In this document: positions 12,044 to 24,844 of the stretch, piece after piece | How positions within the stretch are numbered: the first letter of the stretch is position 1 | How the letters are laid out: the number at the start of each line of letters is the position of its first letter | Origin: Tubiluchus corallicola | Taxonomy: Eukaryota > Animalia > Priapulida | DNA length: 33,310 bases | Direction: 5' to 3' | Assembly (NCBI GenBank): GCA_030141605.1 | Contig: JAQGDQ010001593.1 | Coordinates: forward strand, 1 to 33,310 | Position numbers and translations under genes: made by a program | Notes under the pieces: generated by a model | Told to the model about the DNA's origin: nothing | Seen by the model: only the letters and a program-made list of their open reading frames with translations | The model's database searches: none

Positions 12044-12360
12044 TGTTATAGCACCGCATGTTCCAGCATAATTATGCGCTTTTTATCCTAAGTTGGACAA
12101 CTTTCAGTGATCTCCAAATCAAGAAAAACAATAATTACTGTAATCGAACCAGCTAATCAATTATTACATTTAAAATATAATTTTATTAAATCTAATATTA
12201 TTAATGTATTCTAATGTAATAAATTATATTTTAAATGCAACAATGATTAGCTGGTTCGATTACAGTAATTATTATTTTTTTTGATTTGGAGATCACATGA
12301 AAGTTGTCCAACTTCGGATAAAAAGCGCAAAATTAAGCTGGAACGTGCTGTGCTATGACA
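12044..12360. mobile_element. Foldback/MITE-like palindrome with ~140-bp imperfect arms
   Basis: AAGTTGGACAACTTTCA...GTGATCTCCAAATCAA...TAATTACTGTAATCGAACCAGCTAATCA is mirrored by TGATTAGCTGGTTCGATTACAGTAATTA...TTGATTTGGAGATCAC...TGAAAGTTGTCCAACTT. Confidence 0.88.
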
Positions 12361-12869
12361 TTTATTTCATTTATTTCATTTCAGAACAGCCACTCTGTGA
12401 AAATTTAATATGTATAATTTTGTGCTGCCGAATAATTTATCTTGATTCGCAGTGAAACAGACTGCATTCGGTTTTTTTTGCAACAAAACTTGACTGAAAA
12501 AGTCAAGATTATTGAGACAACTTTTCTTTTGCATTATACAGTCAGCACTTATGTTTTACACATTGTTGCATACAAAAATACAGAAGCCTATATATAACAG
12601 TAAATAACAGTAGACATTTAACACAGCAGGTTATTTAGCAAATCACTGAAAGGTTCTATATTACATTGTGTTTTGATATTTTATTTTATATGCATTTTAG
12701 AGTATAGATATTAGATTATTCATGTGGTCTTATGTCCAGCCGAGTAAGAATATTTTCTCGATGTTTCTGCAAAATTTAGATTAAATTGATGAAGAATGTC
12801 GAAACGTGTTTGATAATAATATACTGTTATTGTACTGTATAAAAGCTGTTCTACTTTTTTCTTCTGTTC

Positions 12870-13520
12870 GTTCTGCTCTAAACATTTGCTGCAGACATTG
12901 AGTATATATGCAATGAAGGCTATTCTTCTTTTTTCTTCTGTTGCTCTAAACATTTGCTGCAGACATTGAGTATATATGCAATGAAGGCTATTCTTCTTTT
13001 TTCTCCTGTTGCTCTAAACATTTGCTGCAGACATTGAGTATATATGCAATGAAGGCTATTCTTCTTTTTTCTTCTGTTGCTCTGAACATTTGCTGCAGAC
13101 ATTGAGTATATATGCAATGAAGGCTATTCTTCTTTTTTCTTCTGTTGCTCTAAACATTTCCTGCAGACATTGAGTATATATGCAATGAAGGCTATTCTTC
13201 TTTTTTCTTCTGTTGCTCTGAACATTTGCTGCAGACATTGAGTATATATGCAATGAAGGCTATTCTTCTTTTTTCTTCTGTTGCTCTAAACATTTCCTGC
13301 AGACATTGAGTATATATGCAATGAAGGCTATTCTTCTTTTTTCTTCTGTTGCTCTGAACATTTGCTGCAGACATTGAGTATATATGCAATGAAGGCTATT
13401 CTTCTTTTTTCTTCTGTTGCTCCAAACATTTGCTGCAGACATTGAGTATATATGCAATGAAGGCTATTCTTCGTTTTTCTTCTGTGGCGCTGAACATTTG
13501 CTGCAGACATTGAGTATATC
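12870..13520. repeat. 68-bp minisatellite, ~9.5 copies
   Basis: Unit ...TGTTGCTCTAAACATTTGCTGCAGACATTGAGTATATATGCAATGAAGGCTATTCTTC... Confidence 0.96.
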
Positions 13521-13529
13521 TGCTTTATT

Positions 13530-13790
13530 AGAGCAGTTTCCTGTCTGCAGCCAAAATTTTCTAATCCTGTGATGCTATTCTTAAGTTGGTATCAGCTTTC
13601 GTAAATTTTTATTAAATTTTTCAGTATTGATTTCCAGATTGTTTTTGGTTCCCCTGGAGGTCGTTTATCAGGTTTCAGTGCCTCGTTTAATGGTAACCTT
13701 GCTAGTGATGTTTCTAGCAATGTCACTAAATGTCCTACCTATTTTAGCCTTTAGATTTTGATTTTAGTGCTCCAAAGATAAAGGCTCCTG
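13530..13790 (-). mobile_element. Decayed RTE/RTEX-like LINE 3' fragment
   Basis: The minus frame WSTKIKI*RLK*VGHLVTLLETSLARLPLNEALKPDKRPPGEPKTIW resembles the RTE-group C-terminal motif RRL.W.GH..R...........KR..GRP...W. Confidence 0.7.
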
Positions 13791-14715
13791 CATTTATCTT
13801 TAATCTGCAATTTTCATGAAATTGTTGTTGCACATTCATTTAATTTATGAATTTAACTGTTCAAATTTCCCTCACAATTTTCTTAACTTCTTTTTGCTTA
13901 TGCGTGAGGGATAAAAAAGATATATGGTCCAATAGACTGTGATCAACCCTTCAAGGATAACAATGATGTCTGGGTCGATTGTGATAACCGCAGGAAAAAA
14001 GCCACATTGGATATTCAAGCCAAAGGAGTAACTACTACGGCAACAGGAAATGGCGGCCATGTTGTGACCTTACAAATCTGTTAAAAATGGTGCAGTTATA
14101 AGATTGCGTTTAAGAAAGATGTACTTCTTCAGAATGTAATGAACGTCCTCCGCAAGTGGAAATGGGTGAACGAGCTAAAACTCGCACACTGGGCTGAAAA
14201 GATGCTCCCCCACAAGCTGATGGAAGACATCGAGGTTCGTGAGCAGCTACTGATCAGAGACAGTCTCCTAAAAGAAATCGGCCATAAGTAAATGCAAGTG
14301 ATTTCACAGCGCATGAAGGGGGAGTGAATACTGAGAGATAATCCCAACATTCACTCTGTTTCTTCCCTTCGTTCCCTCAACTCAAGGGCTTTGCTATCAT
14401 TAATTCCAATAGTCTTTATGATTTAGAATTAAACTTGCAGAAAAACTTTAACATAAAATTGATAGAGATTAAGAGCACTAGCATACGCCTTATCCATATG
14501 CCAGCTTTGCACAAAAATGTCAGACCAATCGATATCGACCTCCAACTACTTGGTAAGTTGTAATTTTGTTGCTGTTTAATCATTTAACTTAAAGATACAC
14601 CAGCTTCTCTTTACTCAACAATATTTTAGTAGAATTTTTGGAAAAGTATGATTATTTGGTAGCATGTGATGACATCTATTGGCAGGAAGAGAAAGCACTG
14701 TGAGTTGATTCATAA

Positions 14716-15080
<365 letters not shown>

Positions 15081-15326
15081 GCAGCTGTTGATTCAGAATA
15101 CTGCTGTTCTGTAATAGGATAGCTGAATTAAACATAGTTTATTTTTGTAGGAAAAATACAATAAGACCGAATTGAATTAAATTTCAGACAATCCACTGTA
15201 ACTGTGACATGGCGTGGACCAAAACTTTGCATTGGAAACAGTCATCGTTGGACTGCGAAACACCATTCAGAAAATATGACATAAATGAAATGACAGCTAG
15301 TGATTTTTCGCACTGTGACGGCCCTT

Positions 15327-15628
15327 ACACCACACCTCCATCCAACACCACCACAGATTCTGGAGCAACAACAATAATTAGTGATCACACCACACCTCCA
15401 TCCAACACCACCACAGATTCTGGAGCAACAACAATAATTAGTGATCACACCACACCTCCATCCAACACCACCACAGATTCTGGAGCAACAACAATAATTA
15501 GTGATCACACCACACCTCCATCCAACACCACCACAGATTCTGGAGCAACAACAATAATTAGTGATCACACCACACTTCCATCCAACACCACCACAGATTC
15601 TGGAGCAACAACAATAATTACTGATCAC
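15327..15628 (+). repeat. 60-bp in-frame minisatellite, 5 near-perfect copies (TTPPSNTTTDSGATTIISDH)
   Basis: Lines 15361-15600 repeat exactly apart from 1-2 substitutions. Confidence 0.97.
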
Positions 15629-15754
15629 TGGCATAAACAATATTTGCTTCTCATGCTAATGAAAATGTGTAAAATGTAAAAATCCACTTATTGTCAGCAA
15701 GCTATTAGTAAACCAATTAAGTTAATATAGTTTTTGAATAATTACAATTGCAAG

Positions 15755-15965
15755 ATGTTGTTGTTATTGTTTTTGGTGATTTTGCTTTTGTTGTTGTTGT
15801 TGTTGCTGTTGTTGTTGATTTTGCATTTTGTTGTTGTTGTTGTTATTGCTGTTGTTGTTGTTGCTGTTGTTGTTGTTGTTGTTGTTGCTGCTGCTGCTGT
15901 TGTTGCTGTTGTTGGTATTGGTTTTATTGGTGTCGTTGCAGTTGGGGTTGCTGTTGTTGCTGCTG
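15755..15965. repeat. (TTG/CTG)n microsatellite
   Basis: Direct reading. Confidence 0.93.
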
Positions 15966-16994
15966 TGTCTTTTGTTCCGTTAACAAATATTTGAACGTGA
16001 TATTCAAAAATGCTCTTGTTAAGCTTGTTAAATCTCATTGACATTGCTAAAAATAAACTCAGCTTGAATCTAAATGTAAAATAATACACAGAATCTCGTC
16101 GTTTTGGTGTCATTTTTTAATCTAGATGTTCAAATTAGTATTGTAACCACCATACCATCTGCATCGTTCATTTATTTTGCTGTGATTCGATGATTTATGC
16201 AGTGTACAACATAGGCAAAATATGCAATATGTTTGTCTCTACTGGTGACAGTAGGGCTCGAAGTTTGGTGAGTTTATGATATTTGGACAGAATTTACAGC
16301 AACCTGGTCATGTTGCTGAGACATAGGAAATTTCCACTTCTTTTCCAAAGCGAATTTTTTATAAAATGAAACTATGTTACCTAAATTAGATCAGAGAATC
16401 CCATTTAAAGGAAGACAGGATGATTTTTCAAGTCCGATAAAAAGTATACATTTTTACAGAATTAATACTGAAAAAGCATTTCTGATAATTAAATAACAGA
16501 TTTAAATCTTAGTTAATGGCGGGCGAGCAGGACTATTTATAACATCACAAACTAACGTAATTTTCAACAGCAAAAATATTCCACGAGCGTGTTGCGCGTG
16601 TTTGCAAAAGCGAAAATTGAAGTACAGTGCTAAGATATTCAGTGTGTTTTGCTAAAACTAGGCGAGTTTTAAGATAAAAATTCAAATTTCAAATTTACCG
16701 CGCATGAGCTGTCGAACGTGTGCAGAGCATCACAAACTAACACATCTGAACTGAGATATACAGTACTTAGTTGTTATTTGTGCATTGCGTTTCCGATATG
16801 CAGGCGCTAGTGCCTATCTAACTAACAAATGGCAAAATGTAACAGCGAAGAACTAGTGGCCTGTACGCGCAATTGTGTTTGTGTGGTAATAATTCTTTAA
16901 CGGGGGTCATTCTTTAACAAATGGTACGTTTCCTTTCAACGTTTTAAAGAGTAGAATGTTTTGACCTACAGTTTAAGACAGATTAAGTGTGTTT

Positions 16995-17074
16995 ATGTGT
17001 GTGTCTCACACACACACACACACACACTCTCTCTCTTAAACCCCTCTCTCTCTCTGGCACTCTCCCTCTCTCTG

Positions 17075-17144
<70 letters not shown>

Positions 17145-17340
17145 CCTTTCTCTCTCTCTCTTTCTTTCTCGATCTCTCTCCCACACGCACTGTTGCTAAC
17201 ACTTTATGGTTAACTTTGTATGTTAAAGGGCAAGAAAAGGGGTACCTGAAATTGTTTCAGAAAAATCGCCTTAAAAATTATACTACTTTGCAGCAATTTT
17301 ATGCGCATATCGTATTCGCGTTGGAAAGAATTTTCGTTTG
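16995..17340. repeat. (CA)n(CT)n microsatellite plus a partial copy of the 7463-7860 repeat
   Basis: CTGTTGCTAACACT.TATGGTTAACTTTGTAT.TTAAAGG.CAAGAAAAGGG is shared with 7464-7517. Confidence 0.85.
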
Positions 17341-17593
17341 AGTCCAGTTTCGCTTTAATAATTATGATCCGCTTGGCTCGAATGGCAAGTAATATCACAT
17401 ATTTACCCAATCTTTAAGGTGCGACTGTCATTCTTACAAACACACACAGCTAGAGTACAAAGGTCATTCTTTATAGAGCAACGGACATTTTCTTGTCTGA
17501 GTTTAACGAACATTTCCTGAATCATGTTGTGAATATCGGGAAAATTTTGTTATTTGTTGCAAAAGTATACTAGGCTAATAGTGTTTTCTAAAT

Positions 17594-17642
17594 ATGGATG
17601 CAAAATTTGTTTTTCTTTTCGTTTTTTGTTTACTTTTAACAG
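17594..17642 (+). CDS. IgSF receptor gene B, signal-peptide exon
   Basis: ATG...acag/gtaggt; MDAKFVFLFVFCLLLT(G); phase 1 matches the next exon, giving ...LLT-GVYS|KLII; paralogue at 28374-28434. Confidence 0.85.
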
Positions 17643-17742
17643 GTAGGTGAAAATTATTTTGCGTCATTTCCAGGTGGTAGTTCCTAGTGTTTGATTCATA
17701 AAGCTGGCAGCGTTTGTAAGATTTTTGTTGCTTGTTATTAGA

Positions 17743-17799
<57 letters not shown>

Positions 17800-18081
17800 C
17801 GTGCGTGCGTGCGTGCGTGCGTGTGTGTGTGGGTGTCTCGCACTAATTATGTATTAATCTGCGTGTAGAGTGACTTACTAGCAGGATCTTCCTTGGAAAC
17901 AACAAAACATGAACTAGGCAAGGTTCTAGCTAGCTGTTAAAACTGTTACTATTACAATAGCAGAGGCTGCGAGACGTTGTCAAGTGTACTTAACCTTTGA
18001 CCTCTTCACGATCATCATTAATAGATGGAACTGTGAAAAGACATATTAACTGGTGACAATTTCGCGTTATTTGTGTTCCAG

Positions 18082-18191
18082 GTGTCTACAGCAAACTCAT
18101 CATAGAGGAGCATCCAACTGACGTTACAGTTAGGGAAGGTGAAGATGGCGTGTTAGTCTGCAGAGTGTATGACGATGGAGAAGACCCAACA
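18082..18191 (+). CDS. IgSF receptor gene B, exon D1a
   Basis: ttccag acceptor and gtaagt donor; (G)VYSKLIIEEHPTDVTVREGEDGVLVCRVYDDGEDPT. Confidence 0.93.
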
Positions 18192-18589
18192 GTAAGTAGT
18201 AAGACATTCGCCATTTATAGCCTTTTATCATTATTCTTCGAAAGTTACTGTTATTAACAAGTGTTGAAGACCCTGCAAAATGCGTACCAAGGTGGGCCAA
18301 CTCAAAATATTTTTAATTCTTCATGTTACTATGCCAAGTTCTTGTATTTTCTGTCAAGTTTTCTGTTTTTGCAGTTTTAAAAGTATTGCCTTCTTCAAAA
18401 AGCAAGTTGCACATTTTTTTTATTTCCGAGTGGACATATACGTACATTGTTTCGCAAATCTGATATGTTTGAAAGTCTTTCTTCGTCTCAGTTCTTTGTA
18501 TGCATTTCTGAAGGCATCGTTACATGATTTTGTTTTGATATTTCGATAGACAGTTAAGCATAACCATAGTCAATAACCGATAGATGGGT

Positions 18590-18725
18590 CTGGAGGTAGG
18601 TAGTTAGGCAGGTAGGTAGGTGGGTGGTTACGTGGGTGGGTAGGTGAATTGGTTGGTAAGTAGGTAAGTAGATAGGTTAGTAGGTAGGTAGGTAGACAGG
18701 TAAGTAGTTAAAAGGGTAGGTAGTA
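18590..18725. repeat. (GGTA)n degenerate tetranucleotide repeat
   Basis: Direct reading. Confidence 0.85.
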
Positions 18726-18774
18726 CTCCAGCAAAGATATTCTATTGCATTTGTGCTGCTTAACAAATATCTCG

Positions 18775-19655
18775 TGCCCATATGTCACTACCCAATTGAC
18801 TACTGTCCAAATGTCCACTACCCTATTGTCTACTGCACGAATGTCCACTACCCAATTGTCTACTGCACAACCCACTGCCCAATTGTCTACTGCACAAGTG
18901 TCCACTGCCCAATTGTCTACCGCACAAGTGTCCACTACCCAATTGTCTACTGTCTAAGTGTCCACTACCCGATTGTCTACTGCACAAGTGTCCACCACCC
19001 AATTGTGTACTGCCAAAGTGTCCACTGCCCAATTGTCTACTGCTCAAGTGTCCACTACCCAATTGTGTACTGCCAAAGTGTCCACTACTCAATTGTCTAC
19101 TGCCGAAGTGTCCACTGCCCAATTGTCTACTGTCCCAGTGTCTACTACCCAATTGTCTACTGCACAAGTGCCCACTACCCAATTGTCTAATGCCCAAGTG
19201 TCCACTTCCCAATTGTCTACTGTCCAAGTGTCCACTACCCAATTGTCTACTGTCACAAGTGTCCACTACCCAATTGTCTACTGTCCAAGTGTCCACTACC
19301 CAATTGTACAGTGCACAAGAGTCCAGTACCCAATTCTACACTGGCCAAGTGTCCACTACCCAATTGTCTACTACCAAAGTGTCCACTACCCAACAGTCTA
19401 CTGCACAAGCTACTGCCCAGTTGTCTACTGCACAAGCCACTGCCCAATTGTCTACTGCACAAGTGTCCACTGCCCAGTTGTCTACTGCACAAGCCACTGC
19501 CCAAGTGTCTACTACCCAAGTGTCCACTATCCAATTGTCTACTGCCCAAGCGTCCAATACTCAATTGTCTACTGCCCAAGTGTCCACCATCCAATTGTTT
19601 ACTGCCAAAGTGTCCACTACCCAATTGTCTACTGCCAAAGTGTTCACCGCCAAAG
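18775..19655. repeat. 30-bp minisatellite, ~29-30 copies with length variants
   Basis: Unit AAGTGTCCACTACCCAATTGTCTACTGCAC. Confidence 0.96.
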
Positions 19656-19759
19656 TTGCATTGGTGAAATTTCTGTGTCTGCACAAATGTCTGCTTCCAA
19701 TGTAACCATGACAGAAACCTGCTATTTGAAGTTTTGGTAATTATGGGTTTTGTTACTAG

Positions 19760-19970
19760 GACAATGAATTTCAATGGTATAAAGAAGTTGTTGCACTAGG
19801 TCCCTATTTGGGCTTGTATCCGTACTATACTTACGAGGATGACAATCACGAAAATGGAAACTACAATATGAAAATATCGGCAGCACAACTTGAAAGAGAT
19901 AATGCGTGGTTCCAAGTAAAAATACAACCCCATGGAGAACAGTCGGAGATAGCTAATTTCATTGTAGCAG
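19760..19970 (+). CDS. IgSF receptor gene B, exon D1b
   Basis: ttactag acceptor and gtgaat donor; DNEFQWYKEVVALGPYLGLYPYYTYEDDNHENGNYNMKISAAQLERDNAWFQVKIQPHGEQSEIANFIVA. Confidence 0.92.
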
Positions 19971-19973
19971 GTG

Positions 19974-20330
19974 AATAAGCCTTTTCAATGTTTCGTTGTG
20001 TGCAGTTACCGAGGCAACGGTTAAGTGTAAAACAGCAACACGTGATGTGTGGGTAACTTGAAGCATTAGTTCAGTAACTTCAGTTGTTTTACATAGACAT
20101 TACTTTGTTATGCATTAGTCTGTGTGTAGAGTGATTTACAAGCAGATTATTGCTTGGAAACAACAAAAAATTAGTTAGGTAAGGTTCTAGCTGTTTGTTA
20201 AAACTGTTACTATTACAATAGCGTGGGCTGCGAGGCGTTGTCAAGTGTACACAAATATGTTGTCTGGTGCACTTATCCTTTGACCTTTTGGCGATGATTA
20301 TCATTCGCTGGAACTGTGAAAAGGCTTATT
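19974..20330. mobile_element. MITE (family of 9249-9642) starting at intron position +4
   Basis: TIR AATAAGCCTTTTCA / TGAAAAGGCTTATT; body similar to 9249-9642. Confidence 0.88.
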
Positions 20331-20596
20331 GTTGTTTGAATAGTTTGGATAATAATTGTTTATTCGTTTGTTCATCCATCCTTTTATTCGCTAACTCGTT
20401 CATGTATTTATTTGTTTAGAATAATTCTTGATAACCTCACTAAGGCCATGGCATACAAGCTTGCTCTTGTCACATAATTAAGATAAACTTGCCACAAGAT
20501 GCAGAACTTAATTTGAACGACCATAAACTATGTGGATTTATAATTTTAACCTTAAATCGCAGAACACAATTATTACTAACCTTTTGGTCTTTTTAG

Positions 20597-20745
20597 TGGA
20601 GCCATCAGACGTATTCTTTGGACAAAACGGAACTGAGGGAAATTTCACGTTCGTAGATGGCGTGGAAGACGAAATCCAGTGCATTGTTCAAGATACAAAC
20701 CCTGAACCTGCTATTACTTGGCATAAAAAGCTAGTTAATGATGAT
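20597..20745 (+). CDS. IgSF receptor gene B, exon D2a
   Basis: ttttag acceptor and gtaagt donor; (V)EPSDVFFGQNGTEGNFTFVDGVEDEIQCIVQDTNPEPAITWHKKLVNDD. Confidence 0.93.
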
Positions 20746-20826
20746 GTAAGTAATTCTGTAACGGTTGTCTTTTTCAAAAGAGATGAAAGAGAAGAGAGAG
20801 GGAGAAAGACAGAAGGAGAGAGAGAC

Positions 20827-20879
<53 letters not shown>

Positions 20880-20885
20880 GAGAGA

Positions 20886-21648
20886 TATTATATAATTATA
20901 ATAACAAATCTTTATTAAAGAAATTAACATATATACAAAAAGGTGCCTCTTTTTGCACGCTCAGATCAACAATTTACTTTTTTGTATAACAAATCTTTTA
21001 AATATTTCCAGTTTCACATTATGTACAACGAATAACATATTATACTTAAATTTCAAATGATTCGCAAGTATTATACGAACAAATTAACTTTACACACCTA
21101 CATAATTTATTTTTGTATGCTCGAGCGGGCCTAAATTAACAATTACTTAGTACAAAATTATCTCTGATCAGGTTAGTAAAAGTCATTATTAAATTTTTAT
21201 CAGATTGAAGCATAATATTTCGTGTATAATTGGCATCTGCTATTTCTATGAAACGCATTCTTTTTGTATTATCTACTTTATTGCATCTGAATAAAATGTG
21301 CTGAGAAGTTTGCTCTTCTTCTCCACATGGACGTAAACTAGTATCACACATATTATGTCTATACAAAAAGCTGTTAAAATTCCCCTTGCCAGTTAAAAAA
21401 GACACGGCAATGGATTCTATTTTCCTTTCATTATTTCCAAGCAGCAAATTCAAGGGTTTACATTTTATATTCTGTATTTCAACATTTTCTCCTCGAAATT
21501 GCATAACATGGCTATATTTATTTGACCAGGTCCAAGAAACATAATCCATAATTTGACGTTTAGTATGCTTTAACATATTTTCAGGAACTTCTTCAAGATC
21601 TGTAGTACGGAAGTTTTCATTCCAGACAAATTTTAAAAAGTGTCTCAC
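20886..21648 (-). mobile_element. 5'-truncated non-LTR retrotransposon (R1/LOA/I-group-like 3' end) inserted in a (GA)n tract
   Basis: The minus ORF contains FLTGKGNFNSFLYRHNMCDTSLRPCGEEEQTSQHILFRC (LTGHG...C.CG...T..H.L..C zinc-knuckle region), then a stop at 21136 and an AATAAA plus AT-rich tail; candidate TSD AGTGAGAGAGA at 20875-20885 and 21649-21659. Confidence 0.85.
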
Positions 21649-21724
21649 AGTGAGAGAGAGAGAGGGGGATTTAGAGCCTGCATCATTTTTTGCACTGAAT
21701 GTTACATTGCTTTGTTCTATGTAG

Positions 21725-21926
21725 GCATTCGTTCCAATAGAAGACGGAATCACTCAATTCGAAGAGCCTGGTGAAAGAGAAAAAACTAAAACCTACATCA
21801 GCAAGTTATCATTTACGCCCGAAAGAAGTGATGACGAGGCCATCTTGCGGTGCAATGTGACGCATGCGTCGTTTCCAGATGACACGGGTGGCGTTGTGGG
21901 ATATATGCACATTATGGATGTTCAAT
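21725..21926 (+). CDS. IgSF receptor gene B, exon D2b
   Basis: atgtag acceptor and gtaagt donor; AFVPIEDGITQFEEPGEREKTKTYISKLSFTPERSDDEAILRCNVTHASFPDDTGGVVGYMHIMDVQ; aligns with 4571-4778. Confidence 0.92.
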
Positions 21927-22227
21927 GTAAGTGATTACGAGAAAAGTTCGACAAGTTTTATTTTAAAGAAATCTGCGAAACTACCATTGGAACTGAGTGC
22001 ACAAACTAAAATATAAATTTTCAAGACAAATTATTTAAGCCTTATGTAAGTGGATGGTTTTCTTGTGTGCTTTAACCTTTGACCTACAGCAACTAAGTGT
22101 ATGTATAGCAAAGCTATGAAAAAGCTTATTAAAGTAATTTGATCATAAACTGCAGGCCAAATCAAATTTGGCTACTATCTGCTAAACTACAAGTATATTA
22201 ATTGCAGTTTTTAATTTTATTATGCAG

Positions 22228-22485
22228 TTGCACCAGAAGAAATGCCTGATGCACCCAGCACCATTCGTGCCAACGAGGGTGACAGACTAGAAGTCGAGTG
22301 TCCAGTCACAGCTAATCCAACACCAACAATCACCTGGTTGAGAGGAAATAAAACATTCACTGATTCAACCACCACGCTGGTGTTTTCATCAATACAGACA
22401 TCTGATGCTAGGAGAGATTATTCATGTTTGGCAGAAAATGAACACGGAATTGTGTTATCTGATGAATTTGAAATCGCTGTAGACA
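22228..22485 (+). CDS. IgSF receptor gene B, exon D3
   Basis: atgcag acceptor and gtaagt donor; 258 nt, nearly identical to 5579-5836 up to ENEHG. Confidence 0.95.
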
Positions 22486-22691
22486 GTAAGTGTAGCAGTT
22501 TAATGTTTTTTTTGTAGGCATGTGGATGAAATTCACTGGTAACAATCATAACGAAGGGAAAATGTCCTTTAAAACTCAAAACGTTTTATCAGTAAGGCAA
22601 AGATACAATTATAAAAATAACAGATAAATGTACAGGTAAAATGCAAGTATACAATGACATTAAAATAAGGGATGAAAATATATTAATATTC

Positions 22692-22732
<41 letters not shown>

Positions 22733-22894
22733 TAATTAAATTATTAAATTCATTACTAAAAACGAAATTCCAAGAAACGTGAAGGCTAGGCCCAATGTTT
22801 CTGGCGTCTCTTTGTCCTTTTGTAAATCAATAACACACAAATACTCCATAGTCTTCAAAACTGTACCACCATACGGGCAATCTAAAAATGCACT

Positions 22895-23664
22895 CCTGCT
22901 TTTGGTACATCTGTGAAATTGCTGCAACTTTTAGTTGCGTAATTTAAAATTGCACATCTGCACGCCTGCTTTTGGTACATCTGTAAAATTGCTGCAACTT
23001 TTAGTTTTGTAATTTAAAATTGCATGTCTGCACGCCTGCTTTTGGTACATCTGTAAAATTGCTGCAACTTTTAGTTGCACAATTTAATATTGCATGTCTG
23101 CACGCCTGCTTTTGGTACTTCTGTGAAATTGCTGCAACTTTTAGTTGTGTAATTTAAAATTGCACATCTGCACGCCTGCTTTTGGTACATCTGTAAAATT
23201 GCTGCAACTTTTAGTTGTGTAATTTAAAATTGCATGTCTGCACGCCTTCTTTTGGTACTTCTGTGAAATTGCTGCAACTTTTACTTGTGTAATTTAAAAT
23301 TGCACATCTGCACGCCTGCTTGGGGTGCATCTGTAAAATTGCTGCAACTTTTAGTTGTGTAATTTAAAATTGCATGTCTGCACGCCTGCTTTTGGCACAT
23401 CTGTAAAATTGCTGCAACTTTTAGTTGCGCAATTTAATATTGCATGTATGTGCGCCTGATTTTGGTACTTCTGTGAAATTGCTGCAACTTTTAGTTGTGT
23501 AATTTAAAATTGCATGTCTGCACGCCTGATCTTGGTACACCTGTAAAATTGCTGGACGTTATAGTTGCGTAATTTAATATTGCACATCAGCACGTCTGAT
23601 TTTGGTACACCTGTAAAATTGCTGCAACTTTTAGTTGCGCAATTTAAAATTGCATGTCTGCGCG
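22895..23664. repeat. 70-bp minisatellite, ~11 copies
   Basis: Unit CCTGCTTTTGGTACATCTGTAAAATTGCTGCAACTTTTAGTTGTGTAATTTAAAATTGCATGTCTGCACG. Confidence 0.96.
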
Positions 23665-23902
23665 AGGCCTTATGCTCAATATTTTAACATAATAATAAGA
23701 AAAAATAGCAAAAAACAACATAAAATGTTAAAAAAAATTATTAACTGTTAAATTAAACAATATGTGCATGTCAAATATCGATATGATAGTACTTTTTAAA
23801 AATTCTAAAAATATTGCTAATTCCTGAATATTGCTTTTTGCAACATTTTGCTTTTCATATTTGAAAGCAGCAATTCCTGTGCATTATTCGTTTATTCTAC
23901 AG

Positions 23903-24072
23903 CAGCGTCAAAGGGTGGAATGATAGCTGGAATCGTTATTGGATGCATCCTCGTTCTCGCCATTATCATCGCCGTCGTTGTCCTGGTCCTGCGCGATAAG
24001 TCAAAATTTGACGAAGGTACTCGTGCTGCCCCCTACGATGGAGAACCATACCGCACCGAAGCGCCAAAAAAG
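23903..24072 (+). CDS. IgSF receptor gene B, transmembrane exon
   Basis: ctacag acceptor (NAGNAG, alternative start 23906) and gtaaaa donor; (T)ASKGGMIAGIVIGCILVLAIIIAVVVLVL-RDKSKFDEGTRAAPYDGEPYRTEAPKK. Confidence 0.94.
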
Positions 24073-24242
24073 GTAAAAATGCAACAATAAAAAGAAGGGA
24101 AGAGCAAATCTTTATTATGTTTGACAATTACATGCTGGAGTTGTTGGTGGCAACACCAGGTAATTTAGAGAAAGTATCACACTAATGGCAGTTCACAATT
24201 CATAGTGTATCCTACTTCAAACCGAGGATTCCTGAACATCGA

Positions 24243-24737
24243 TAGTTATCAGTTCAAGCTGTTAAGAGATTTTAATCTGTTCTTAAAACCTCGCTGAAGA
24301 AAAGAGAAAAAAAACTATTTTTGTTTTGATGGAAAATTACTTCTTCAATTCGAGCAAAAAGTATTAGAATTCACAATTTCATAAGTTACCATCACGTCAT
24401 CATGTAGACAAATTTTTTAGATATGTAATATAGATGTTTGATGTTTTTATTCTTATGATCTTTAACTTACACTAACTGACACAATTGCACACATCAGTCT
24501 GTCACTGATTGGTTATACACTGATTTTATGTATGATGTAATTTGTTTTACTCTGCACTAGTGTGTAATTCTTGCATATATGTTCTTCAACATTGGTAGTT
24601 CTATATATTTCTATCGATTTCTATATATATTCTTGCACATCGGTAGTTATCAGTTCAAGCTGTTAAGAGATTTTAATCTGTTCTTAAGACCTCACTGAAG
24701 AAAAGAGAATAAAAACTATTTTGTTTCGATGGAAAAG
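24243..24737. repeat. ~95-bp direct repeat (2 copies, 400 bp apart)
   Basis: TAGTTATCAGTTCAAGCTGTTAAGAGATTTTAATCTGTTCTTAA... at 24243 and 24643. Confidence 0.85.
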
Positions 24738-24844
24738 TGTTGTGCGCAGGTTTTGTTTAATCACATTTTGTTAACAATGGCAAACGTGTCAACAACGTTT
24801 TTCACTGCACTCTCGCTATCCTCAGTTTCTTGCTCGCTTTCCAG

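Noticed and set aside
12720-13510. Series of similar 60-77 aa ORFs and a CRISPR-like appearance (also 41-543, 22895-23664, 27610-27980)
   Set aside because: Contiguous tandem units without unique spacers, no cas genes, and a eukaryotic context.
18708-19774. Long Cys/Thr-rich repetitive ORFs
   Set aside because: By-products of the 30-bp minisatellite on both strands, inside the intron between two D1 half-exons.
21649-21753. N-terminal part of the 205-aa minus ORF as a host gene
   Set aside because: Read-through past the LINE truncation point into intron and antisense D2b exon; only the LINE part has recognisable motifs.
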